A stretch of DNA of 64,000 nucleotides, from NCBI RefSeq assembly GCF_963921235.1, contig NC_086102.1, forward strand, positions 44,082,001 to 44,146,000, read 5' to 3'. The DNA is from Mobula hypostoma. Taxonomy: Eukaryota. Made by a program: the position numbers and the translations under genes. Within the stretch, counting starts at the first letter, position 1. Each line of letters starts with the position of its first letter. The notes under the pieces were generated by a model that did not search any database, was not told where the DNA came from, and worked only from the letters and a program-made list of their open reading frames with translations. This document shows, piece by piece, positions 53,690 through 64,000 of this stretch.

Positions 53690-53916
53690 AACAAGTTTCT
53701 AAGTAAAACAAAACATAACAACTATGTGTGATCAATATTTATGTCAAATTGCTGGTATTAATTTTATATACATTTTGAAATACTACATTAAGTGAATTGC
53801 TCTTTATTTTCAATGGAATAAACCTTTATGCAGATTAAAACAGATATTCTGTCTCCTCCTGTGTAATTCACACATTCACCCTGTTGACTTCCATTCCAGT
53901 TTTCTTTCCATAATTT
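53690..53916 (+). pseudogene. Remnant (upstream region, leader donor, part of intron 1) of a third paralog
   Basis: Colinear with 47850-48030 (e.g. TTTTGAAAyACTACATTAAGyGAA, CCAGTTTTCyTTCCATAATTT); GTAATTCA donor at 53863 like the intact leader; cut off before V by a repeat. Confidence 0.7.
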
Positions 53917-54454
53917 CAAAGTTCAAAGTAAATCTATTATCTAATTATATATGTGTCACCTTATAGTACCCTGAGGTTCAATTTCCTGCAGGCATTCACA
54001 GTAAATACAAAGAAATAGAATCAATGGAAAACTGCACACAATAAAAATGGACAAACAATCAATGTGGAAAGGATGACAACTCAATCAAATAAAACAAAAT
54101 AATAATAAATAAACAAGTAATAACACTGAGGGAATTTAAAGTTGATGACCTGCTTCACCTCTGATTCCCTGATGAGCACTGGCTCATATACATCCATTTT
54201 CCTACTCCTATAATGAATAATCAGCTCTTTGGTTTTGCTGACATTGAGTGAGGGGTTGCTGTTGTTGTGGTACCACTCAACCAGATTTCCAATCTCCCTC
54301 CTATATGCTGATTCATCACCACCTTTGATTCGGCCAACAACTGCGGTGTCTTCAGCAAGCTTAAATATGGCATTGGAGCTGTACTTAGCCTCACAATGAT
54401 TAATTTTGAGGGGATGATAGTATTGATGCCAAACTGTAGTCAATGAAGGGCATC

Positions 54455-56765
54455 CTGATTTCACTGTCTAGATGTCCCTGCACCTCCCGGTTCTACCTCC
54501 TACCCAAGATCCACCAACCTGACTGTCCAGGTAGACCCATTGTTTCTGCCTGCTCCTGCCCCACAGAACTCCTGTCTACATACTTTGACTGTTTTATCCC
54601 CCTTGTTTCAGTCCCTTCCTACCTACACCCGTGACACTTCACATGCTCTCGATCTTTTCAGTGACTTTTAAGTTTCCTGGTCCCAATCTTCTCATTTTCA
54701 TGATGGAGATTTAATCCCTATACACTTCTATCCATCAGGAGGGCCTTAAAGCTCTTTCTGGACACCAGACCCAACCAGTTCCCCTCCAACACCACTCCAG
54801 ACATCCCACCCTGCAAAAACTCATTTCAGGGAGGTAGCACCACCAATTTGCGGGAGACTCCTGGAACTTCCAGGAGAGGTGGGATGTCTGCAATGGAGTA
54901 GCTCCTTAGCAGATAGCCAGCTAGTTTAAATAATGTTAGCTATGCTAATGAATGAATGACACCTGTTAAACTCACCTCAGCATGTCTTTTACAGTCTTAA
55001 CCCACCATGGGCAATAGAAAAGTCACTGTTGCAAACAGTGCAGCGAGCAACACTGTCGTTACTTTTGACCCCTATTAGGCAGGGCGCTGCTCTCTCTCAA
55101 GCGCGTGCTTGCTCTCTCTCTCTCTCTCTCTCTCGTGGTCGCTCTCGCACTTTCTCTCGTGGTCGCTCTTGTGTGCTCTCTCACTCGCAAAAAAATTGAT
55201 TTCCGGGACATTGTATATAATTTGCAGGCATCAGGGAGCCACTATTAATATGCGAGAGACTCCCAGAACTTCTGGGAGAGTTGGGATGTCTGCCACTCTC
55301 GGCTGTCTGGTGGAACTGGCCCTCACCCTCAACCATTTCTCCTTTGGCTCCTCCCACTTCTTTCAAACTCAAGGTGTAGCCATGGGCACTTGCATGGATC
55401 CCAGCTATGCCTGCCTTTTTGACGGCTATGTGGAACAGTCTATGTTCCAAGCCTACACCAGCAGTGCTCCCGACTCTTCCTAAGCTACGATGACAACCGC
55501 ATTGGTGCAGCTTCCTGCACCCAAGCTGAGCTTGTCAATTTCCTTAACTTTGCCTCTAACTTCCACCCTCTTGCTGCTGTCTGGACTATACCTCTTTCCA
55601 ACCTGCCATTCCCCTTTCTCAGTTCTTCCTTCTCTGCATCAGAGTGAGGCTTTTCATTCCAGAACTAATGAGAAGTCCTCTTCCTCCAAGAAAAAGGCTT
55701 TCCTTCCTCCACCATCAACACTGCCCTCACAGGCATCTCTTCCATTTTGCACACATTTGCCCTCAACCCATCCTCCCTTCACCACACCAGGGATAGTGTT
55801 CCTCTTGTCCTCACCTACCACCCCACCAGCCTCCGCGTCAGCACATAATCCTCCGAAACTTCTGCAATCACCAACAGGATCCCACCACCAAGCCCATCTT
55901 TACCTCCCCTCTACTTTCTACAGGATCACTCTCTATGTGACTCTCTTGTCCACTCGTCCCTACTCACTGATCTCCCTCCTGGCACTTATCCTTGCAAGCA
56001 GAACAAGTGCTACACCTGCCCTTACAACTCCTCCCACGCTATCATTCAGGGCCCAAACAGTCCTTCCAAGTGAGGCGACCCTTCACCGGCGAGTCTGTTG
56101 GGGTCATTTGCTGTATCTGGTGCTCCTGGTGTGGCCTCCTGTATATCAGTGAGACCTGACATAGATTGGGAGGCCGCTTCGTTGAGCATCTTTACTCTGT
56201 TTGCCACAAAAAGCAAGATTTCCTGGTGGCCACCCATTTCAATTCTACTTCCCATTTCCATTCTGACATGTCAGTCCATGGCCTCCTCCACTGCCGGCAC
56301 GAGGCCACATGCAGGTTGGAGGAGAAACACCTTGTATTCAGTCTGGGTAGCCTCCAAACCAATGGCATGAATATTGATTTCTCAAACCTCCTGTAATTGC
56401 CCCTCCCCTTCACCATTCCCCATTCCTGACTTCCTCTCACACCTTCTCTTATTGCTTTCCCATCACCTCCCCCTTCCCCATCTTCCATGGCCTTCTGTCC
56501 TCTCCAATCAGATTCTCCCTTCTCCAGCCCTTTATCTCTTTCCCCAGTCAATTTCCCAGCTCTTTACTTCACCCCCTCACCCTCTTCCAGTTTCACCTAT
56601 CACCTACCACCCAATACTTCTTCCTCCCTTCCACCACCACCTTCTTATAATGACTTCTCCCCTTTCCTTTCCAGTCCCGATGAAGGGTCTCGGCCCAAAA
56701 CATCGACTGTTTACTTTCTTCCATATATGCTGCCTGGCCTGCTGAGTTCCTCCAGTGTTTTGTTC
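54455..56765 (+). mobile_element. Decayed Penelope-like element (RT, GIY-YIG, pLTR)
   Basis: [40 protein letters not shown]...EEKHLVF; degenerate hammerhead near 56676-56710. Confidence 0.85.
54798..55292. mobile_element. MITE with CAGACATCCCA TIRs and 6-bp TSD, nested in Penelope
   Basis: Left CAGACATCCCA at 54798, right TGGGATGTCTG ending 55292; CCACTC on both flanks. Confidence 0.8.
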
Positions 56766-57479
56766 CAGTTTCTGTGGAAGGGAATAAACAATCAATGTTT
56801 TAGGATACACTATGAGCCTTGCAGTACTGAGTACTCTGGTGGTCCACCCACCTTACCTTGTCTTAGGCTTTATGCTGCACTCTTGACTATGGGTGGGATG
56901 TAGTTTAGCTGGAAAAGATGCGGAGATTCACAGCACGTTATTGGGATTGGTGGGCCTGGATAATAAGGAAAGACTGGATAGACTGCGGCATTTTTCCCCT
57001 TGTAGAGCAGCGGGCTGTGGGTTGACCTCGTAGAAGTATTTAAAATTACAAGGGAAAGGTGAAAGATCCGTCAGTCGTTTCTTTCCACAGTAGGGGAGTC
57101 TAAAACTAGAGGGCATAGATTTAAGGTGAGTGGGGGAAGATTTACAGGAGAATGCAGGAGGTGGCTTTGGCTCGTTTCAACATGAGCAGATTTTTCACAC
57201 AGGATGTGGTGGATATACGGTACTAGATGAAGTAGTAAAGGTGAGTATAATTACAATTTTTTTAGAAGACAATTCTACGAATATATAGTGAGGAAAGGTT
57301 TAGCATGAAGCAGGCCAAATACAGGCAAATGGGACTAGCTCAGGTAGGCAGCTGGTCGGCATGGACGAGCTAGGCCCAACAGCCTGTTTTTATGCTGTAA
57401 GACTGACTCCGGGGTGGTGTCGGGAGGAAGGGCGTGAAAATGAATGGAGCTGAAGATGATGGGGTCACTTTCAGAGAAA

Positions 57480-58005
57480 AGGCAGGTGCTGGGTCACTGT
57501 GTGAGACCAGCTGCACAGAGGTGTGACCTTGAGCAGAACTTGAAAGTAATTTGACTGTTGCTTGCATGACTGAGGTTCACTGACACCCCGTCCACCTGTC
57601 TATTCAGGAGCCTGTGTACCATGCTTACAAGAAATGTGAGAGGTTGCGGCCCCGCTTTGAGTTTCTCAAGGGGCTGCTGCTGAGTTCTGGTGGGCTTGAT
57701 CCTGGGCCTGGCCAAGATGGCCATTCACGGGTCTAGGCGGCGGAAAGTGGAGGGCGCTGCCCGAGTCGACTGCCTGCCCCTTGTCCAAAGGATAAGTTCG
57801 TGCCTGGTTGTCCTTGGAGAAGGAACACTCGGTCGCAATGGGTACAGTGGGGGGACTTCCGGGAGCAGTGACCCCCTCTGGGGGTATAGACTGTTTCATA
57901 TTTTAATATTTTAATCTGAGTATATGTTCTGTCTTGTAGGCATTGGATGTCCATACCTTGCATATATGTGATATAAATAAACTTGTATAGGTTTGTAAAA
58001 AAAAA
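57480..58005 (+). mobile_element. Tx1-type LINE 3' end
   Basis: LLVGLILGLAKMAIH...DCLPL; AATAAA + poly-A. Family assignment is from motif recall. Confidence 0.7.
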
Positions 58006-58060
58006 CAGCCATGCATTCAGTTAAACTTCCAGTCAGTCTGTTGCCGATGTGACACATTAA

Positions 58061-60079
58061 GGCTACGTCCACACTAGACCGGATAAATCTGTAACCGAAG
58101 CTTTTTCTCTTTGTTTTGACCCTCCTTCCACACTGAAATGGCGTTTTCCTACCCCGAAAATGAAGATTTTCTACAACGCCCTCCAGCGTGTATAAATTTG
58201 AAAATGCCGATTGTGCAGAGCAGTGTGGACGGGGTAAACGGATATTTTAAAAAACACTGTCACGACGTGCCGGAACAGATAGTGGCGGCAGCGCGGCATT
58301 TCATTGCTTTCTTGAACGCAACTCCCTACACGACCTAACAATTTCAGAACAGAGGGCAACGAGACTGAAGCCAGAAGAGTTAGAAATGTACTTACCAAAT
58401 ACTTTGACCCATAGCTTACTGAATAAATAAGTATACTCACTTTGCCCTGTTTTCTGTCCTTGCTTGTATGAAGGCGGTTTACCTATTTATGCAAGTTCTT
58501 CTCCAACAATAGATGTGTAACAGCCTAATGTAACATTGTATGGAAATACAAGATAACACTGATTCAGACTGTCATAGGGAGCGTGTGGGAGCGGACCCAA
58601 ATGCAAGACACAGACACTGACGTACTAGAAACAGGACTAGGACTAGAGTTAAGCAAGCAAGGGAAGTGAGGAAGAAAGGGCACTGGACATTGACACAGGC
58701 CCTGGATGAGAATAGGATGCAGGGCCTGGGCTTGGACATGGACAAGAAACACAGAACCCACACAAGGAAATAGGAGCAAGGAGCCTGGACTAGTGACACA
58801 GAACTCTGGAACCAGAGCCTGGACAAGGACCCAGAACCTCGGTCTTGCTTGGGACTCGGAACCGGAACCCGGGTCTGGGCTAGGACTCAGGACTCAGATC
58901 TTGGCAAGGACAGGATGTTGCTACAGAACAGGACGTGAAACCCCAGCACAGGATGAGGGAACCCCAGCACCAAGCTGGGCAAGGCACGTGGACAGAATGA
59001 GAACACAAAGCCTTGACTTGGTCAAGGGAGGACAGGAGCGCACAACCTCGGTTGAGGGAGGACAGGAACATGGAACACAGAGCCAGGACCCCTCCTTGGA
59101 AACAGGATGTAGGGCTGGGACTCATACACAGAACACAGAGATAGATCTCTACTCAAAGTAGCGGCAGACAGCCGGACCTACCCAGCAGAGGTGAGGGCAC
59201 AAAGAGACAGTTCCCAACACTAGGTAGTAGCAGACAGCCGGACCTACCTAATGAAGGCGTGGACACAGGGACAGTTCAAAACAACTATAGAAGTTCCTTA
59301 TCTTGCTCCAGCAGTTGAACTTGACAGCAGTGCAGGCGAAGGTTGCAGGTGAGGGTTACAGGCGAGGCAGGGCTTCAGCAGAGACAGGGCAAGGCAAGGC
59401 TTCAGACACTGGTTGCAGGGCGAGGTTTCAGGAGGAAGAGGCCAAGAAGGGATTCAGACGTGGTTGGGGGGAGGGTTTGACGGGAACAATCCAGCAACCA
59501 AGCCCTTGTCTCCCGAGGTCTTTATGTTTCTGCCCAAACGAGAATCAGGTGTCTTAATTAGAGCACCTAACAGAAACAATGGAAAACAGGACAACCTGGA
59601 ATATGTATCGACGGACCGGACCGGACCGGACCGGACCGTGAACTGGAATGCGGACTTACGGACCGGACCATGACACAGACATGTTTTATACATTTAACAA
59701 GGTGCTTTATTAATGCAACAGAGTTAGTGAGTTTTTCAATGTTCGTCGTCAGCCGGGTCATACTGTCCGTGAACTCCCTGTCGGTTGCCTCCATATGCTC
59801 CAGTATTTGTTGTTTTTTAGTTTTAAGTCCTCCTGCGCGAGAGCCAACAGCAATTCCTTTTAAGTTTTTCTAGTCTTTAACTGGTCAAACGCGCACCAAG
59901 TATACCGTTTCCTCTTCGCTTGGTTTCTGTGTGTCCTGCACATACCCAGTAGGAGGAGATTCGCCCAAATATCCGTCTAATGTGGACAGAGATTATTGAA
60001 AAACGATTGGTGTGGATGCCTATCGTTTTTACGCGAAACCGGCGTTTTCAAAATTATCCGGTCTAGTGAGGACGTTGCC
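58061..60079. mobile_element. PIF/Harbinger-type non-autonomous element
   Basis: TIR GGCTACGTCCACACTAGACCGGATAAAT versus AATTATCCGGTCTAGTGAGGACGTTGCC; TAA on both flanks (58058-58060, 60080-60082). Confidence 0.87.
58570..59675. mobile_element. Solo LTR nested in the Harbinger element
   Basis: TGTCA...TGACA termini, 5-bp TSD CAGAC; (GGACC)n run near 59612. Confidence 0.87.
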
Positions 60080-60156
60080 TAAGCTAAAACTGCCACAAAC
60101 TCGCAGCGATTTATCAGAGCTGGGTGATTCCTGTCCCGACGCTTCCTTCACCCAAC

Positions 60157-60205
60157 ATGTCACTACTCGGAAACTTACTGTACACGCTCTGGCTGTTTCT
60201 TCCGG
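60157..60205 (+). CDS. Leader exon of VJ-C1 IgSF gene
   Basis: CCCAAC ATG; MSLLGNLLYTLWLFLP + G|GTAATT phase-1 donor; a 93-nt intron joins it in frame to GPAVA, completing a hydrophobic signal peptide. Confidence 0.85.
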
Positions 60206-60298
60206 GTAATTCAAGCGCTCTCTCCGTTTGACATTTATTCTCGTTGCCTTCTCATAATTTTGAATCTTTTTGCTAATTGCGATAATTTTCTGTTCTAG

Positions 60299-60631
60299 GG
60301 CCCGCTGTTGCTCTGAAAGTGAACCAGACACCTTCAGCTCTGACCCTTCTCCGAGGACAGACAGCTCGGATCGGCTGTTCCCTGTTATCCGGGGACGAGC
60401 GGGTGGATTCGGTGAGATATTTTTGGACGCGGACACCAGACAAACCTGTACACGGGTCCAGTAATTTCTTGAAAAATGGCACTCGGATTTCTCTGTCCAG
60501 GTCTGAAGGCTGGCTGGTCATTCGCGAGGTGACTATGGATGACTCTGACACCTACCATTGCTCAGCGCTGAGAATGGGTTCGGGCCCCTGGAAAACATAT
60601 TTTGGAATCGGAACAGAAGTAACCATCCGAG
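60299..60631 (+). CDS. Germline-joined VJ-type Ig domain exon (non-rearranging antigen-receptor-like)
   Basis: Acceptor TTTTCTGTTCTAG|GG; B-strand Cys (RIGC), C-strand Trp (YFW), DSDTYHC, J-like FGIGTEVTI in the same exon; donor CGAG|GTACAG; 333 nt, phase 1-1, no stops. Confidence 0.93.
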
Positions 60632-61233
60632 GTACAGTACGTATGAAATGAAACCAGTAAACACTGGAAATACTCAGCAGACTGGGCAAAGTGTGAAGCG
60701 AGGGAACTGGGGCCAAAGTCTCAGACCAATGGCCGAGCTGGAAAACGAGTCTTTAGGTCCCTTTCCCCAAACGCGCCCTGACCTGCTGAAGGAATCTTGT
60801 CTTCGCGGCGTTTGGTTTGTGTTTTGCTTCTGACCCAAAGTAACCGGATTAGCAACACCGAAACAATCTCCCGCATGGGGAAGAGAGAAGACTTGTCGCT
60901 GAATACATCAGCGCCACATCCCAAAAATTCAGTGGTAGAGAGGCGGGTAAAGGACCGACAAGAAATCGGTTAAACACTAGGGGGATTGGTAATGGCGATC
61001 GGAACCGCGAAACTTCCTTGTTGGGACACACTGCCAGTATATTGTGTATCCTGTGACCAATGTGTGCCTGGTCGAACGGAGCTGAAAAATAAAACTAGAA
61101 AGAGCTGGAAACACTCAGCAGGTCGCAAATGCGGAGAGGGAAACAGAGTTAACGTTTGGTATTGAAGACCTTTCGTCAGAACTCTTCTACTCTCCGACCT
61201 GACCTGCTGAATATTTGTTGGTTCTCTATACCT

Positions 61234-61366
61234 AGGTCTGAAGGCTGGCTGGTTATTCGCGAAGTAACTGCGGATGACTCTGACACTTAGCATTGCTCCG
61301 TTTTGTGAATGGATTCGAACTCCTGGAAAACATAGTTTGGGAGCGGAACAATAGTAAACATCCAAG
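61234..61366 (+). pseudogene. Duplicated 3' half of the VJ exon, decayed
   Basis: RSEGWLVIREVTADDSDT*HCSVL*MDSNSWKT*FGSGTIVNIQ, colinear with 60499-60631; three in-frame stops; donor CAAG|GTAAGT kept. Confidence 0.88.
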
Positions 61367-61998
61367 GTAAGTATGAAATGAAACCAGTAAAGGATGGGAT
61401 TGCTCGGCAGGCGAGGCAAGCGAGGGAACTGGAGCCAACGTCTCAGACCAATGGCCGAGCTGGAAGAAGATTCCTTTCTCCAAACGCGCCCTGACCTGCT
61501 GAAGGAATCCTTTGCTTCTGAACCGTGAAACGTCCAACAAGGAACGCACTAGGCAGCGTAATTGTAACTGTAACTGGCCGGGGTGTGCCTGGAAGAAAGA
61601 AACGGAAAGATAAAACCAGGACATGATGGAAACACTCGGGGCCCGTTGCTGATGAGAAACAAACGTTTGGTTTGAAGAACCTTCGTCAGAACTCTTCGAC
61701 CTGAGACCTTACGTCTGTTTCTCTTCCCAAAGTTGCGACCTTACCTGTTGGATATTTCCAGTGGTTACTGTTTTTAATTTTAGATTTTCACTTGCTGTAA
61801 TATTTCGAATTCGATCCGTTCCCGGGCTGTATTTTGTTTCTCTTCCTGACGGTGCATTTCGAGACTCAAAATAATCAACTCGATTCACATTGTTACCTTT
61901 GTATCGTGCACCGTCTTCAGTTGTGTCCACTCTTGCTGTCTGTATCAGTCTGGGTTACAGTAAAATTCACAATGTGTTAATTCTCCCGTTCTGTGCAG

Positions 61999-62292
61999 CG
62001 AAGCCTGACGTCTCCCTCTCTCTGGATCCCAAGAACGAAGCCGCTGGGATTCAAACCCTGACTTGTGTGGCGGCGGGATTTTTCCCGAAAGATCTGAGTA
62101 TTTCTTGGGCTGTAACGGGAGATGTCTCGTATGAAACAAAGGCGGGTCCGCTGTGGGTAAGCGAGGACCTTACCTACAGCCTGAGCTCCCGGCTGCGGGT
62201 GAACGACTCTCGGCGGGAGTCAGTTCCCGTCGCCACCTGCCTGGTTCGTCACGTTACAGGGAATGTGAGGACAAGTTTCACTTTCAACCGAG
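61999..62292 (+). CDS. C1-set Ig constant domain exon of the same gene
   Basis: Acceptor TTCTGTGCAG|CG; LTCVAAGFFPKDLSISW, TYSLSSRL, TCLVRH are C1-set hallmarks; donor CGAG|GTAGGT; 294 nt, phase 1-1, in frame with the VJ exon. Confidence 0.93.
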
Positions 62293-63510
62293 GTAGGTGG
62301 TTTACACAGGGAGTAAATCTCACAACCTGCTTCACCCAATTACGGGTGAAATTGGAAGTAAATTTTGTAAATTTATACAAACCATGGGGTGAACGCAATT
62401 CGTTAATCTGAAAAGTAAAAGTGTGGGTAACGCCCTCAATATCTACAGTCTTTTATTGCAAAATCATTTATTTCAATATACTGAATTGATTTAAAAAAAC
62501 TGGCGCTGTAATGTTATGGTAAAACAGGCAGAAGATACAGACAGGTTAAATAGAATAATTACAAGAGCGCAGGGTTCCAGTTAGGTAGATTATCGGACGA
62601 AGACGATCATTTTTATTAGAAAATGGAAGGCCAACGATATGAAAAAAATGTTAACGATTAATTAAGAATTGTCCACTCATAAAGCAATGAAAGGAGTTAG
62701 GACGGTTGCAGTAAGTCCGGACTCGGAGTTGCTGGAGCTGATTTGGAGGCAATTCCATGCAGCAGAACCAAGGCAGGGCGAAGTCGAGGAAGGATCCGAG
62801 GCGAGCTTCGATCGATTTAAGAGCCGAACTGAATCGGAAAGGTCGTGCACTCCGTGATTTGTACGATTTAAGCATCGGGCCAGTTTGAATTAGTTTGTGT
62901 GTGGGGGTCGGAAGCGAGGGGCGGGTCACCTCGGCTCAATACTCCGCGGGGTTTGCTGGTATCTGCGTGGCACGGAGGCGGTGGCCTGCAGTTCAGTGGT
63001 CTTCTGGATCGTCTGCAATGATGCCTGGCTTTGTAAACTTCAGTTCTCAGTGGTGTTCCCTTGCCTTTATTTTTTGCATTTTTTTTTCTCTCTCCCTGTA
63101 CACGAGATGTTTGACGGTCTTACTTTGTTTCTAATGGGTTCTGTTGGGGTTCTCTGCCTGTAAGGAGACGATTCTTAAGCTTGTATAAAGTATACATACT
63201 TTGAACTTTGAACAGGTATACCACTTTAGATACAATTGGCGTGGTTGACCGAGAAGAGGAAAGCCACCGTGGAAAACGAGTCAGTGGGTGTAAAAATAGG
63301 ATGATTTGGCAGGCAAAGGCGTGGCTGAGGAACTGGTGCAGGGGACAGGGGTTCAGATTCATGCATCATTGGGATCTCTTCTGTGGAAGGTACAAACTGT
63401 ACCCGAGGGGCTCCGATATCCTTGGGGGCAGGTTTGCTAGATTTGTTCGGGAGGTAGAAAAAGATCTAGTGTTATCACTGTATATATAACAAAGCTCTCG
63501 CTCTAAGTAA

Positions 63511-64000
63511 TGTTACGAGAATACACATAAAATTAAGATGTTTGCTGGCCTGGGCTAGCATCAGTGGCATCAGCAGTTGGTCTGCCACCTGCCCTCAGGG
63601 GAAGGAGAGATAAGGAACAATGGAGCAGCGTCTGGAGATGTGTAATGAAGGGATGTGGGAGGAAGAGCTGTCTGGAGCGGCTCCCCGCTTTGAGCCCTGA
63701 ACTGTTTGAAGTGATGGACAGGCGATACCCCAGCAGGGGGATAAAAAGGGACAGGTTCGCTAAGACAGACACACACGCCACCCGAGGTAACGAGACCCTG
63801 GAAGCGGTGCGCTTCTCACGAGTGGGTGAGAAGTCCCAGACAACGACAAGGGTGGAAAGGTACGATCAGCGGGAACCCGGTGTGTGTCCGCCCTTGCCTG
63901 GGTGCCGGGTTCACTGCAGAGGATCGACCGCATCTGGAGGAGGGGTCACAGTCGGTGACCTCAGGTGACATCACCAAGGACCCGCCCAAAAGCTGTTTGT
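63511..64000 (+). mobile_element. LTR, cut by the window end
   Basis: Starts TGTTACGAGAATACAC; near reverse complement of 53100-53567. Confidence 0.85.

Noticed and set aside
60299-62292. Rearranging Ig/TCR locus or a germline-joined Ig light-chain cluster
   Set aside because: No RSS or separate J segments seen; no WYQQ/YYC-type framework; no octamer seen upstream; C1 lacks typical IgL motifs. Judged less likely, not excluded, until a phylogeny is run.
62895-63134. Hydrophobic ORF as the TM exon of the VJ-C1 gene
   Set aside because: It lies in a repeat of the same kind as 15.8-16.8 kb (GAACTTTGA tail), and no convincing in-frame splice sites were found.

Overview
Repeat-dense vertebrate genomic DNA, probably from a cartilaginous fish (inferred from the CR1/Rex1/Penelope/L1 repeat mix). 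Two host loci can be read from the sequence. (1) A complete TRIM45 gene on the minus strand: 6 coding exons, 31215 to 11125, 564 aa, all GT-AG junctions in frame. (2) Divergently oriented and upstream of it, a small cluster of non-rearranging antigen-receptor-like genes. One copy is intact as far as visible: leader (60157-60205), germline-joined VJ exon ending FGIGTEVTI (60299-60631) and C1-set exon (61999-62292), with no RSS seen; its TM/cytoplasmic exons were not found in the window. Three decayed relatives lie at about 48.0 kb, 53.8 kb and 61.3 kb. The rest is nested transposons: CR1, Rex1/Babar, Nimb/I, an L1 with a twin-priming inversion, Tx1, Penelope elements with hammerhead motifs, Gypsy-type LTRs, an ERV integrase fossil, Tc1, Harbinger and a MITE with a 6-bp TSD. 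All calls were made by eye; no searches or alignments were run, and repeat boundaries without a TSD are approximate.
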